A stretch of 64,000 nt of DNA from Candidatus Aenigmatarchaeota archaeon (GCA_026397375.1 JAPLUZ010000022.1:24234-88233); one strand, 5' to 3'; shown: positions 39,876 to 49,278, counted from the stretch's first letter. Notes: generated from the letters alone by a model not told the origin. Program-made: numbers and translations.

Positions 39876-41213
39876 ATGATTTTTATGTCGGATAAATTAG
39901 AAAGCCTTAAGGCTGAAATACTAAAAAAAGTAAGGGAGTATCAGAATACTCGTGAAGCTGAATCAAAAGGATTTGACAGAAAAAATCCAAAGGTTCCTGT
40001 ATCAGGAAAAGTTTTTGACGAAGAAGACGTAGCGACTCTTATAGATTCTTCTCTTGATTTTTGGTTAACCGCAGGTAAGTTTACTGATATGTTTGAAAGC
40101 GAACTTGCCAAACTCTTCGGTTTAAGGTACGCTTTAATGACCAATTCTGGGTCATCTGCCAATTTAATTGCGCTTTCGGCGCTGACAAGTAAATTTCTTG
40201 GTGATTCAAAATTAAATGACGGTGACGAGGTTATAACAGCAGCTGCGTCTTTTCCCACTACGGTGAATCCCATATTTCAATGCGGATTAGCACCGGTATT
40301 TTTAGACGTCGAACTTGATACGTACAATATAGATACTTCGAAAATAGAGGAGACGATAACAAATAAAACAAAAGCAATAATGATTGCGCATACGCTTGGA
40401 AATCCTTTTGATGTTAAAAAGATTACAAAAATATGTCAGGACTATAATCTATTTTTGATAGAGGACTGCTGCGACGCTCTTGGATCGAAATTTAATGGAA
40501 AAATGGTCGGAACATTTGGAGACGTTTCTACAATGAGTTTCTATCCGGCCCATCATATTACAACTGGCGAGGGCGGCGCGGTTTTTACCGACAACCCCAT
40601 GATCAAACGTGCAGCAGAATCAATCAGAGACTGGGGGCGTGATTGCTGGTGTAAAACCGGGTGCGACGGTACGTGCGGCAAAAGATTTGACTGGAAGCTG
40701 GGAAATTTGCCACACGGCTACGATCATAAGTATATCTACGCAAACGTAGGCTATAACCTCAAGGCTACAGATATGCAGGCCGCAATCGGGTGCTCACAAC
40801 TGAAGAAATTATCAAATTTTATAAAAATACGTAAAGATAATTTTGAATTTTACCTGAAATTCTTCAGAAAATACAATAATTTTTTCATTTTACCTAAAAT
40901 CTATGATGGTGCTGATATGAGTCCGTTTGGATATTTGATTAACATACATTCCGATGCACCATTCAAACGCCAAGAGTTGGTTAGATATTTAGAATCAAAG
41001 GGCATTGCCACAAGAATGCTCTTCGGCGGAAATTTAACAAAACAACCCGCATACATGGACAAAAAATACAGGGTTATTGGCGGTCTTGAAAATACAGACA
41101 GTCTCATGAACAATGCATTCTGGATTGGTGTTTATCCCGGCATAAATAACGAAATGCGAGAATATGTTGTGGAAATTTTTGCTGATTTTTTGGAAAATTT
41201 AGATAGTAATTAA
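39876..41213 (+). CDS. rfbH: CDP-6-deoxy-D-xylo-4-hexulose 3-dehydrase (E1, PMP-dependent, RfbH/DdhC)
   Basis: Long near-colinear match to Salmonella RfbH; SFYPAHHIT with His replacing the PLP-Lys, and four Cys of the 2Fe-2S motif WGRDCWCKTGCDGTCGKRF. Confidence 0.85.
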   Translation: MIFMSDKLESLKAEILKKVREYQNTREAESKGFDRKNPKVPVSGKVFDEEDVATLIDSSLDFWLTAGKFTDMFESELAKLFGLRYALMTNSGSSANLIALSALTSKFLGDSKLNDGDEVITAAASFPTTVNPIFQCGLAPVFLDVELDTYNIDTSKIEETITNKTKAIMIAHTLGNPFDVKKITKICQDYNLFLIEDCCDALGSKFNGKMVGTFGDVSTMSFYPAHHITTGEGGAVFTDNPMIKRAAESIRDWGRDCWCKTGCDGTCGKRFDWKLGNLPHGYDHKYIYANVGYNLKATDMQAAIGCSQLKKLSNFIKIRKDNFEFYLKFFRKYNNFFILPKIYDGADMSPFGYLINIHSDAPFKRQELVRYLESKGIATRMLFGGNLTKQPAYMDKKYRVIGGLENTDSLMNNAFWIGVYPGINNEMREYVVEIFADFLENLDSN

Positions 41214-41219
41214 TTTTTA

Positions 41220-41927
41220 TTAGTTATCAAATTTTTTGGTTAGTTTAAACAAAATTATATTTTTTATAAACTCAAGTACGATATAGAACTTTACATTTGA
41301 CTTTCCTTTTTTTCTTTTTGAGTATATCGATTGTACTTCACCTACTTTGAAATTTTTCTTTCTAGCTTTTACCAATAGTTCCGTGTCTATGAAAGAATCC
41401 AGTGCCCTTAATTTCAGTGACTCGTAGCAGCCCCTTTTCATGAGTTTTGGATAGCCGTTGATATCCCTGCTAATACCACCAAAAATTAGCGGACAAACAA
41501 AATAATTATAAGAAGCTGAAACGAATTTTCTGTAAAAATTATACTCCCTTGCCGTTCTTGTAACTTTGCATATATCCAGGTTTTCTTTTATTAATTTTTT
41601 GTAAACACTTAGTAATGCAGTGGCCGGAATTTCGTTATCGCCACCAGTCCAGCCAACAACTTCGCCTTTTGCGTGCTTCAGACCTTGCAGCAGCCCATTG
41701 CCGTACCCTATATTTTTATGTACGGTAACGACTTTTACCCTATCATTTCTTAATTTATCAAGTATTTCCCCTGTTTTGTCGCGAGAACCGTTATTAATGG
41801 CTATTATTTCATAGTTTATTTTATGTTTTTTCAGAAGATTGGAATGAAGTAGAATAACATCTTTTACATTATCTTCTTCGTTGTAGAAAGGTATGACAAC
41901 CGATAAATCATATTTCATATATCTCAT
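41220..41927 (-). CDS. GT2-family polyprenyl-phosphate sugar synthase (DPM1/GtrB-like)
   Basis: LSVVIPFYNEEDNV...; 235 aa. Confidence 0.6.
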   Translation of the reverse strand: MRYMKYDLSVVIPFYNEEDNVKDVILLHSNLLKKHKINYEIIAINNGSRDKTGEILDKLRNDRVKVVTVHKNIGYGNGLLQGLKHAKGEVVGWTGGDNEIPATALLSVYKKLIKENLDICKVTRTAREYNFYRKFVSASYNYFVCPLIFGGISRDINGYPKLMKRGCYESLKLRALDSFIDTELLVKARKKNFKVGEVQSIYSKRKKGKSNVKFYIVLEFIKNIILFKLTKKFDN

Positions 41928-41958
41928 CTTAGATTAGAACACGATCGTATTTAAAATA

Positions 41959-43614
41959 TTAAATATTGATGTCTGTGACATTGTAAACGAAGGTCGAATA
42001 GCCTAGAATAGCGTCTGGCGTTCTTTCTCTTAACCAGGAATAGCAATCCCTTCTAATCATGTTTAACATATCGATGGAAATTGCGTAGATCCCATTAGCA
42101 GGTTGGCAGCTGGCGTAAGAGAAATTACCATAATAATTCCAGAAAGATTTTGGAATTGGCGTGGATATGTACAGACTGGTTAAGTTATGCTGCTTTGCGT
42201 ACTTGCCTACTTCATTTATTCCCTGACCAATGTCTATGTTGGCGTCACTAAGCCACAAATAACCATTTTCAGGCTTTCCTATGAACTGGTTGAAATATGA
42301 CATATTGTAAGGCAGGAATGTCACTGCTTCAAACACGTACCATATGAGAAGTGCAATTATAAATAAATTCAGAATTCTTTTTTGATGTTTTTTTAGGTTC
42401 GCGGTTACTATGCTGCTTAAAATAACAAAAATAAACGGGTAGGCTATCATCAAATGTCTTAGACCTATGTCGAATCCGATAAAGAAAGATAAGAAGATAA
42501 AAGTAGCAATTATTGGAAGTACAATAAACAGCCAGTCTTTTTTCATCTTAATTTTCTTCGAAGCCAAAAATATTGTGAACATAAACAAGAATAAAAGGAT
42601 AGAAATGGGCGTTTTTATCAAGTAAGCAATTATGTAAAAATACCACCAGCCGTGTACCGACGTCTCACCCATTAGGAAGCTTATATGGCCTTCGGTAGAA
42701 TGCCATATGTTATATCCTAGGGCAGCATTCAGATACGCCGGAACAGGAACAGGAACATTCATTAAATTTGTTACTAAAGATTTCATGCCTTCGCTGTGAA
42801 ATGTCTGATTTATAAAATCCGTCGCCTTTTCATTTGAATGAACGACATTTATCATGCTGTCGAACTGGAATCCATAAAAAGCCCATATAACAAGAAAAGC
42901 AATTATGTAATAAATGACAGCCCTTTTAGCGGTTTTTAACGATATTTTTCCGAAATAAAAGAATAACACAAGTGTTATAGGTATTAACAGCAGAGCAGTG
43001 AATTTACTTAGCAGTGCAAGACCCAGGGCAAATCCTGCTATAATTAAAGATGATTTACTTGAATTTTTGAGAAGACACCAAAAGTAATAGACCGCTATAA
43101 ATATAAAAGTGGTTGCCACCAAATCACTGGTGACTATGGAAGAATTACCCAGTATAGTAGGCTCGAAGGAAAATAGAATCAGCGCGATAAGTGCTGCCTT
43201 GTTTCCATATAGTTTTCTTGACCATCTGAAAATAAAGAACCCCAAAAGCACTCCGGTAAGTGCTATGGGAAGCCTTGTTAGGAACAACAGATTATCCAGC
43301 CCATAGGCCTGTGCATTTGCTGACATGTCAAACGGCTTGTGGGACCAAACAGGATTTTTATCGAATATCAAAAAAATACTGTTTATGTAGTACGACAGAA
43401 CAGGATGAGACCTTAAAACGAAAGGACTGCCAGGGCCAAAGTCTTTTGTTTCTATAAGGTATTTTCCAACACCCGGATAAAACTGCTCATCACCGATCAT
43501 GCCGATATTCAGGATTATGTAAACGGATTGAATAAAATATATAAGTAGGAGAAGTGCGGCAAAGATCTCTACTCTATTTTTATAAATAAACTTGTAAATA
43601 TTTTTTGGAATCAT
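41959..43614 (-). CDS. GT-C fold membrane glycosyltransferase (ArnT/PMT-like, GT39/83-type)
   Basis: 551 aa, more than 10 TM, polytopic architecture typical of lipid-linked-sugar-dependent transferases; very AT-rich. Confidence 0.5.
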   Translation of the reverse strand: MIPKNIYKFIYKNRVEIFAALLLLIYFIQSVYIILNIGMIGDEQFYPGVGKYLIETKDFGPGSPFVLRSHPVLSYYINSIFLIFDKNPVWSHKPFDMSANAQAYGLDNLLFLTRLPIALTGVLLGFFIFRWSRKLYGNKAALIALILFSFEPTILGNSSIVTSDLVATTFIFIAVYYFWCLLKNSSKSSLIIAGFALGLALLSKFTALLLIPITLVLFFYFGKISLKTAKRAVIYYIIAFLVIWAFYGFQFDSMINVVHSNEKATDFINQTFHSEGMKSLVTNLMNVPVPVPAYLNAALGYNIWHSTEGHISFLMGETSVHGWWYFYIIAYLIKTPISILLFLFMFTIFLASKKIKMKKDWLFIVLPIIATFIFLSFFIGFDIGLRHLMIAYPFIFVILSSIVTANLKKHQKRILNLFIIALLIWYVFEAVTFLPYNMSYFNQFIGKPENGYLWLSDANIDIGQGINEVGKYAKQHNLTSLYISTPIPKSFWNYYGNFSYASCQPANGIYAISIDMLNMIRRDCYSWLRERTPDAILGYSTFVYNVTDINI

Positions 43615-43626
43615 TTAACTCACGCA

Positions 43627-45183
43627 CTAAATTTTTTTATAGATAAGAATATAACCGTTCTGCTCCGGACTAAACCTATGGTGAACCGGGTCTGGAAATT
43701 CTGACCATTGCTCGCCGGTATTATGAACAGTAAAAATCTCATATTTTGCTGTATTGATGTAAAGATCTAGGTTAGCATTCGGCGATGTTGTGGCATTATC
43801 TATAATAATCCATCTGTAAGATTCGTTAAGTTCGGATAAGTTGTTTCTAGATATTATATTTTCTTGGGATGCATTAAGATACATTACAAAGGCTTGTGGT
43901 GGCACATAATTCGACATCAGAAATATTTTATCCCCCTTAACATAGGTCTGCGAAACGACTTTTATTACGGATTCGCTGGAATATTCATAATGATGGGTTG
44001 CCTCGTACAAATAATCGAAAAAATAATACCTGGGCTGTAAGCTTCTTGATAAAAATCTGTCAGTAACTTCCTGCGTGGCATACGAGCCCAGATCAACATT
44101 TCTAATGAAATTTAATGGAATAATATTGATAAAGTTTGTGAAAACTAAAATAATCAGAATGATAAATCCTAGAAACTTCATTGCATTATTCTTTCTTGCA
44201 AAGAACATTTGAGAAATAACATATGCAATAAGAATAGATGCAAGCGGAAGTAAAACAATAAGTTTTCTTATGGAAATAGGTCCTGTAACACTGATAAGAG
44301 AGGACAGCACCAGGATGGTGATTATTATTGTCAAGAAGAGACGATGCTCGGTACTTAATTTTCTCCAGTTAATTTTGTTCTTTTTTACAAGATACAGACC
44401 AAGCACAACAATAGCAGGCGGCAGGAAGAACACCAGCAGATAGAAAACACCAGATGCAATATTCAGCAGGAGAAACCCCGTGTTGAAAACCGATGAAAGA
44501 GGGCTAAGGGTCTGCCTAGAGTACAGCCACAAGATAATTAGCGGCAGTGAAAATATCCCAATCAAAATGAATGGGCTGAAAATATTTTTGATGTTGTTCC
44601 TTCTTTCAATAATAGAAAATAAAAATAAGCCGGCTATTAGATAAATGCCCACCTCTGCATGCGTGTAAAATAGAATTACAGAAGAAATTATGAATGGCAG
44701 CATGGAATTCTTCCTGTTTTTCATGAATCTGATAAAGAAGAAAATTGTCAACAGGGAAAAGAACATCAGCATGGAATAGTACCGTCCGTGGCGGGCATGA
44801 AGATAAAACAACGTGGAAAATATCACAAGCAGGAAGGCTATTATTCTTGTCTTCCTATCCTTTACGTTTTCTTTCAAAAAGACGAAGTAGAGTACTAGAA
44901 ATAATATGCCAAATACGGCGGATACAAACCTAATGGAAAATTGGTTAAGACCAAAAACCAGTACTGACAAAGAAGTTAGATAAAGGTGTGGAAGCGTGAC
45001 AAGAGAGACCTGAAGATCACCAGGATACCCGATTTTTATTATTTCCTGAGACCTTTCCACGACGTAGGCTTCGTCGGTGGGGCCAATAAACCTGTCGCCT
45101 AAATTATAAAATAAAAGAAGTGCGGCCAGAACTAAACATATAATAAAAAAACATTTCTCATAATTTTTAGATGTGAAATGCAT
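43627..45183 (-). CDS. GT-C fold membrane glycosyltransferase (ArnT/PMT-like), paralog of the preceding gene
   Basis: 518 aa, more than 10 TM. Confidence 0.5.
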   Translation of the reverse strand: MHFTSKNYEKCFFIICLVLAALLLFYNLGDRFIGPTDEAYVVERSQEIIKIGYPGDLQVSLVTLPHLYLTSLSVLVFGLNQFSIRFVSAVFGILFLVLYFVFLKENVKDRKTRIIAFLLVIFSTLFYLHARHGRYYSMLMFFSLLTIFFFIRFMKNRKNSMLPFIISSVILFYTHAEVGIYLIAGLFLFSIIERRNNIKNIFSPFILIGIFSLPLIILWLYSRQTLSPLSSVFNTGFLLLNIASGVFYLLVFFLPPAIVVLGLYLVKKNKINWRKLSTEHRLFLTIIITILVLSSLISVTGPISIRKLIVLLPLASILIAYVISQMFFARKNNAMKFLGFIILIILVFTNFINIIPLNFIRNVDLGSYATQEVTDRFLSRSLQPRYYFFDYLYEATHHYEYSSESVIKVVSQTYVKGDKIFLMSNYVPPQAFVMYLNASQENIISRNNLSELNESYRWIIIDNATTSPNANLDLYINTAKYEIFTVHNTGEQWSEFPDPVHHRFSPEQNGYILIYKKI

Positions 45184-45236
45184 ATGATTTTCATTGAATT
45201 AAACTTATAAAAAACAGTAAACTCTATAAAAGTCGA

Positions 45237-46169
45237 TTACATAGCAATGATTTCTTCTAATCCCCTCTTAATAGAGTATTCAGGTTTATAGCCCAAAGAT
45301 TTCGTTATCTTGCTTACATCAGCTTTCTGGAAATCTATGTAATTTTTTACAGTGTTCTTGACGTACTTAGGCTGTATTTTTTTGTTCAAAACACTGTTGA
45401 GCATTTTCACAAGGTCATTAAGGCTGGTAGCTTTTCCTGTTCCAACATTGAAGATCTCGCCTATCATCTTCTTTTTTGTTGCTGCTGCAAGGATATTCGC
45501 CTGACAAATATCTTTGACGTAGATGAAGTCTCTTGTCTGCTCGCCTGTACCATAAATTACAGGCCGCTCGTCTTTTTTCATGGCCCAGAGAAATTGCGTT
45601 ACAAGGTTTGCAAATTTTGTTTTTCCCTCTTCGTGGGGACCGTATACACTCATGTAGCGCAGCCCAACAGTTTCCAGACCGTATTCTATGCCATAGAGAG
45701 CTGCGAGATGCTCGTTCATGAGCTTGGAGGATGCGTAAAAATTAACAGGAACAACTTTCATATCTTCCCTCAGCAGAGCCTTAGTATTTCCATAGATGGA
45801 AGACGTGGACGCATACACAACCCGTTTCACATTATTTATTCTGGCCGCATTGAGAATATGAATAAAACCGTCTATGTTCACAGATAGGGCTTCTTTCAGA
45901 TTTTCCCTAAACATGGGCGAGGACGAGGCGGCAGCTTGGTTAAAAATAACATCAACACCTTTTGTTATTTTTAACAGAAGATCTAGATCGCGTATATCGC
46001 CATCTACCAGTTCTATTTTATCTCTGATCCTTTCAAGGTTTTTTTCAATGCCAAGGAAGAAATTATCAAGAACAACAACTTTGTGACCTTTCTTAATCAG
46101 TTCTTCCACTAGGTTTGAGCCGATAAACCCCGCTCCGCCGGTTACAAGACATTTCATAATTATCAACAC
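45237..46169 (-). CDS. NAD-dependent nucleotide-heptose/hexose epimerase (HldD-like)
   Basis: VTGGAGFIGSNLV, YASSK, and RYMSVYGPHEEGKTKFANLV resembling the HldD FNVYGPREGHKGSMASV segment; adjacent to heptose genes. Confidence 0.4.
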   Translation of the reverse strand: MLIIMKCLVTGGAGFIGSNLVEELIKKGHKVVVLDNFFLGIEKNLERIRDKIELVDGDIRDLDLLLKITKGVDVIFNQAAASSSPMFRENLKEALSVNIDGFIHILNAARINNVKRVVYASTSSIYGNTKALLREDMKVVPVNFYASSKLMNEHLAALYGIEYGLETVGLRYMSVYGPHEEGKTKFANLVTQFLWAMKKDERPVIYGTGEQTRDFIYVKDICQANILAAATKKKMIGEIFNVGTGKATSLNDLVKMLNSVLNKKIQPKYVKNTVKNYIDFQKADVSKITKSLGYKPEYSIKRGLEEIIAM

Positions 46170-46179
46170 ATCAAAAAGT

Positions 46180-47472
46180 TTAAGAAATCAACGGAAATTC
46201 TCTCCTGACTTTTTTAAGTCTTTCAGGCGTCCCTATATCTTTTATGTAAGCATCGGATAAATATCCGTATATTTTTTCCTTGTTAAGCAACTTGAACAAA
46301 ACATCTTTTTCTATATTTGAAATACCGTTTGGTATACGATCTAAAATTTTAGTCCTTAGTACCATTATTCCCACGTTGGCAGTTTTGTGAATATCTTGGC
46401 CACGGCCTATATATTTTGTCACCTCATTTTTTTCATTAATTTTTATAATATCGCTATCTATAGGGTGGTCGGTCTTACGCAGAACAACAGTTGCAATTCC
46501 GCTATGAGAAAAATGAAACCTCAAAAGAGAACCGATATTCATGTTTGTTATTACATCACCATTCAGCACAATAATATTTTCAGCATTAACAAGGTACTGT
46601 GCAGCATTTTTTATTGCGCCGCCTGTGCCCAAAGGCTCTTTTTCCCCTGGATAGTCTATGTGAACGCGGAATTTTCTGCCGTCACCGAAATAGGCCTTTA
46701 TTTTGTCAACGAGATAAGAACCGCAAATAACTATTTCATTTACTCCATATTTCTTCAGGAGATTTATGTGATATTCTAATACAGGTTTGCCGTTAATGGG
46801 GATCATGGGCTTTGGCAGGTCTTTTGTAAGTGGCAGAAGCCTTTCGCCTTTACCGCCGGCAAGAATAATTGCCTTTGTTTTTATCAAATTCCTAATTAGC
46901 GTGGCCGCATTTAACAATGTGTCACATTCGTAATCTGCTTTTATGTCATGTTTTTTGTCTTTCCCTGCGACACCGGTCTTTACAAGTATTGTCCTTGTTC
47001 CGGCGTTTTTACCTGCTAATATATCAACCGTACGATCGCCGACAGTGAAGGATCCAGTAAGGTCTACGTTATATTTTTTAGCGGCTTCCAGTATCATACC
47101 AGGATTTGGCTTTCTGCAACTACATTCTACCCTGTATTTTTTTGCATGCTCTGGAACATCACTGTATTGCTCTGGGTGATGGGGACAGAAATAAAAATCG
47201 TCTATGTGGGCGCCCCTTTTCATCAAATCTTTTTGAACTTTATCGTTTATTTTTTTCACGCCGTCTTCAGATATCAGGCCTCTTGCGACCTGTGGTTGGT
47301 TTGTCACAACGATGACCTTTACGCCACTTTTATTCAACATCTTTATGCCTTCTGCTGCGCCGTCTTCAAGTTCTATTTCTTCTGGCTTTACAACAAGGGA
47401 AGTCTTCTTCGTCACTGTTCCATCCCTGTCAAGAAAGACGGCTCGCATAAAATCACATGGCATCGTAGCCAA
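46180..47472 (-). CDS. Bifunctional D,D-heptose 1,7-bisphosphate phosphatase (GmhB, HAD) / D,D-heptose-1-phosphate nucleotidyltransferase (HddC-like) fusion
   Basis: N-term VFLDRDGTV...CSCRKPNPGM (GmhB signature); C-term KAIILAGGKGERLLPLTKDLPKPMIPINGKPVL nucleotidyltransferase. Confidence 0.75.
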   Translation of the reverse strand: MATMPCDFMRAVFLDRDGTVTKKTSLVVKPEEIELEDGAAEGIKMLNKSGVKVIVVTNQPQVARGLISEDGVKKINDKVQKDLMKRGAHIDDFYFCPHHPEQYSDVPEHAKKYRVECSCRKPNPGMILEAAKKYNVDLTGSFTVGDRTVDILAGKNAGTRTILVKTGVAGKDKKHDIKADYECDTLLNAATLIRNLIKTKAIILAGGKGERLLPLTKDLPKPMIPINGKPVLEYHINLLKKYGVNEIVICGSYLVDKIKAYFGDGRKFRVHIDYPGEKEPLGTGGAIKNAAQYLVNAENIIVLNGDVITNMNIGSLLRFHFSHSGIATVVLRKTDHPIDSDIIKINEKNEVTKYIGRGQDIHKTANVGIMVLRTKILDRIPNGISNIEKDVLFKLLNKEKIYGYLSDAYIKDIGTPERLKKVRREFPLIS

Positions 47473-48037
47473 ACAAGTTCTTTATGACAAGAGCACATAC
47501 CCTGTGGTAAGCAATTATATGGCCTTCCTGTATTATTGATACATTGGAAGCAGGTATGTTTAGAAGAAAATCAGCAATTTCTTTTATTTTGCCTCCAGAT
47601 TCTCCTGTAAAACCAATTGTTGTAGCACCTATTTTCTTTGCTTCTTCCATAGCATTTATTACATTCATGGAATTGCCGCTGGTGCTTATGCCTATTATTA
47701 CGTCACCTTTTTTTGCATTGGCTTGGACAAAGCGTACGAAACACATGTCGTAGTTGAAGTCATTGCTTATTGCTGTCAGGGCCGACATGTTAGAAGGCGT
47801 TAAAGCAGACAGGGCTTTCCTACCTTTATCTATGGACGACAGCTGACCTTCGAACTCGGCAGCAAAGTGATTGGCGTCGGCCGCAGAGCCGCCGTTGCCG
47901 AAGATAAGTAATTTACCGTCATTCTGGTAGCATTTTGTTATAACTTCGGCCACATCTTCTATGGATTTCAAATCTAAGGAATCAACCATTTTTTTGTGCA
48001 TATCTATTTTGTCTTTGAGGTAATTCATTTTTATCAC
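47453..48037 (-). CDS. gmhA: Sedoheptulose-7-phosphate isomerase (phosphoheptose isomerase, SIS domain)
   Basis: LLIFGNGGSAADANHFAAEF SIS motif, 194 aa. Confidence 0.75.
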   Translation of the reverse strand: MIKMNYLKDKIDMHKKMVDSLDLKSIEDVAEVITKCYQNDGKLLIFGNGGSAADANHFAAEFEGQLSSIDKGRKALSALTPSNMSALTAISNDFNYDMCFVRFVQANAKKGDVIIGISTSGNSMNVINAMEEAKKIGATTIGFTGESGGKIKEIADFLLNIPASNVSIIQEGHIIAYHRVCALVIKNLFGYDAM

Positions 48038-49032
48038 CCTACAAAAGAGAAGTTTATACGCTTCGCACCAAAGGGCGCAATGGCATCCATTATTTTTTCC
48101 TGATTTTTTGAAAAGAAAACAGCGCAGCCACCACCACCTGCTCCAAGGAATCGCCCACCAAGGGCACCAGCGTCCATGGCAGCTGAGTATACGTCTTCTA
48201 CACGTGCATTTGATATGGAGGTTGCCAGATTTTTCTTTAGTATCCAGTCCTTGTGCATGAGGCGGCCGAAATCTTCAAACCTTCCCTCCTCAAGGGAGGC
48301 CCTTATTTTCTCCACGTTGCCCCTTCTATCAATTAGAACATCAATAACTTCTGATTTTTTCTCTTTCTGCTCCTTGTGAATATCCTTGCCTTTTGTTTCA
48401 CGCTTGATATAAACAAGAAGCAATTTGTCTTCAAGGGATTTCAGATCTGCCTGGGACAAATTTAATCTCTTTGTCTCGACACGCCGGTTGGCGAATTTCA
48501 TATAATTTAATCCACCAATGGCAGATGCCCATTGGTCCTGGTAACCGCCGGCAACACCACAGACATTTCTTTCCAGATGGTAAGCCAACCGAGCCACCTG
48601 TGTTGGCGGCATTATTATATCATTGAATTTGTTGAAAGCCTTTATTACAGCTATGGCATGGGCTGCACTACCGCCAAGACCGCTTTCCAGCGGAGCGTCG
48701 GTCCATGTTTTGACTTCTATGCCTGTGTTGCCGTAGTGTTTAATTATAACTTTGGTCAGATTCAGTTCTCTGACATCAAAATTCATATCTTCCAGCGCAT
48801 CGAATGCAATTTCATCGCCGGTTTCCATGGATTTTATAACTATTTTGCCGTCGGTACGCTCATCTATTGAACAATAGGAGAACATGTTAACCGCGGCATT
48901 TACAGTGTTACCCCAGCCTATCAGGTTCATGTAATAATCCGTATCGCCGCAGCTGCCAAAGGTTATCCTCACAGGAGATTTTTCCGCTATCATAAAATCC
49001 ACTCTACTTGTCGTAACCAAGGTCCCTTGCAT
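48034..49032 (-). CDS. GHMP-family D-glycero-alpha-D-manno-heptose 7-phosphate kinase (HddA-like)
   Basis: GHMP motif ESGLGGSAAHAIAV; 332 aa; operonic with gmhA and gmhB-hddC. Confidence 0.6.
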   Translation of the reverse strand: MQGTLVTTSRVDFMIAEKSPVRITFGSCGDTDYYMNLIGWGNTVNAAVNMFSYCSIDERTDGKIVIKSMETGDEIAFDALEDMNFDVRELNLTKVIIKHYGNTGIEVKTWTDAPLESGLGGSAAHAIAVIKAFNKFNDIIMPPTQVARLAYHLERNVCGVAGGYQDQWASAIGGLNYMKFANRRVETKRLNLSQADLKSLEDKLLLVYIKRETKGKDIHKEQKEKKSEVIDVLIDRRGNVEKIRASLEEGRFEDFGRLMHKDWILKKNLATSISNARVEDVYSAAMDAGALGGRFLGAGGGGCAVFFSKNQEKIMDAIAPFGAKRINFSFVG

Positions 49033-49247
49033 TCCTCAGGGTTTCTATAGTCTCTAGCATGGGGGCTGGCAGGCCTGTAAGTTCTTTGTCTGAAATAGCC
49101 GCTTCATCCTTATAAACAACGCCCGTAACTTGGTCTATAGAATAATTATGACCACCGCTTTCGTCTATTGGAATAAGATAAAACACATCTTTCGTATGCA
49201 ACACCTTCTAATTGATGCTGGAATTGGTTTTAAATAGGTTAAATGTT

Positions 49248-49267
49248 CATACTTTTTCATACTTTTT
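49248..49267 (+). repeat. 10-bp tandem repeat catacttttt x2 immediately upstream of the RHH-nucleotidyltransferase gene (candidate operator)
   Basis: Read directly; ends 11 bp before ATG 49279. Confidence 0.7.
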
Positions 49268-49278
49268 CGACAGAAGGT

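Noticed and set aside
49004-49204. 66-aa ORF on the minus strand upstream of the heptose kinase gene
   Set aside because: Overlaps the 5-prime end of the kinase ORF by 29 nt, has no motif, and sits in the likely promoter region; judged probably spurious though not excluded
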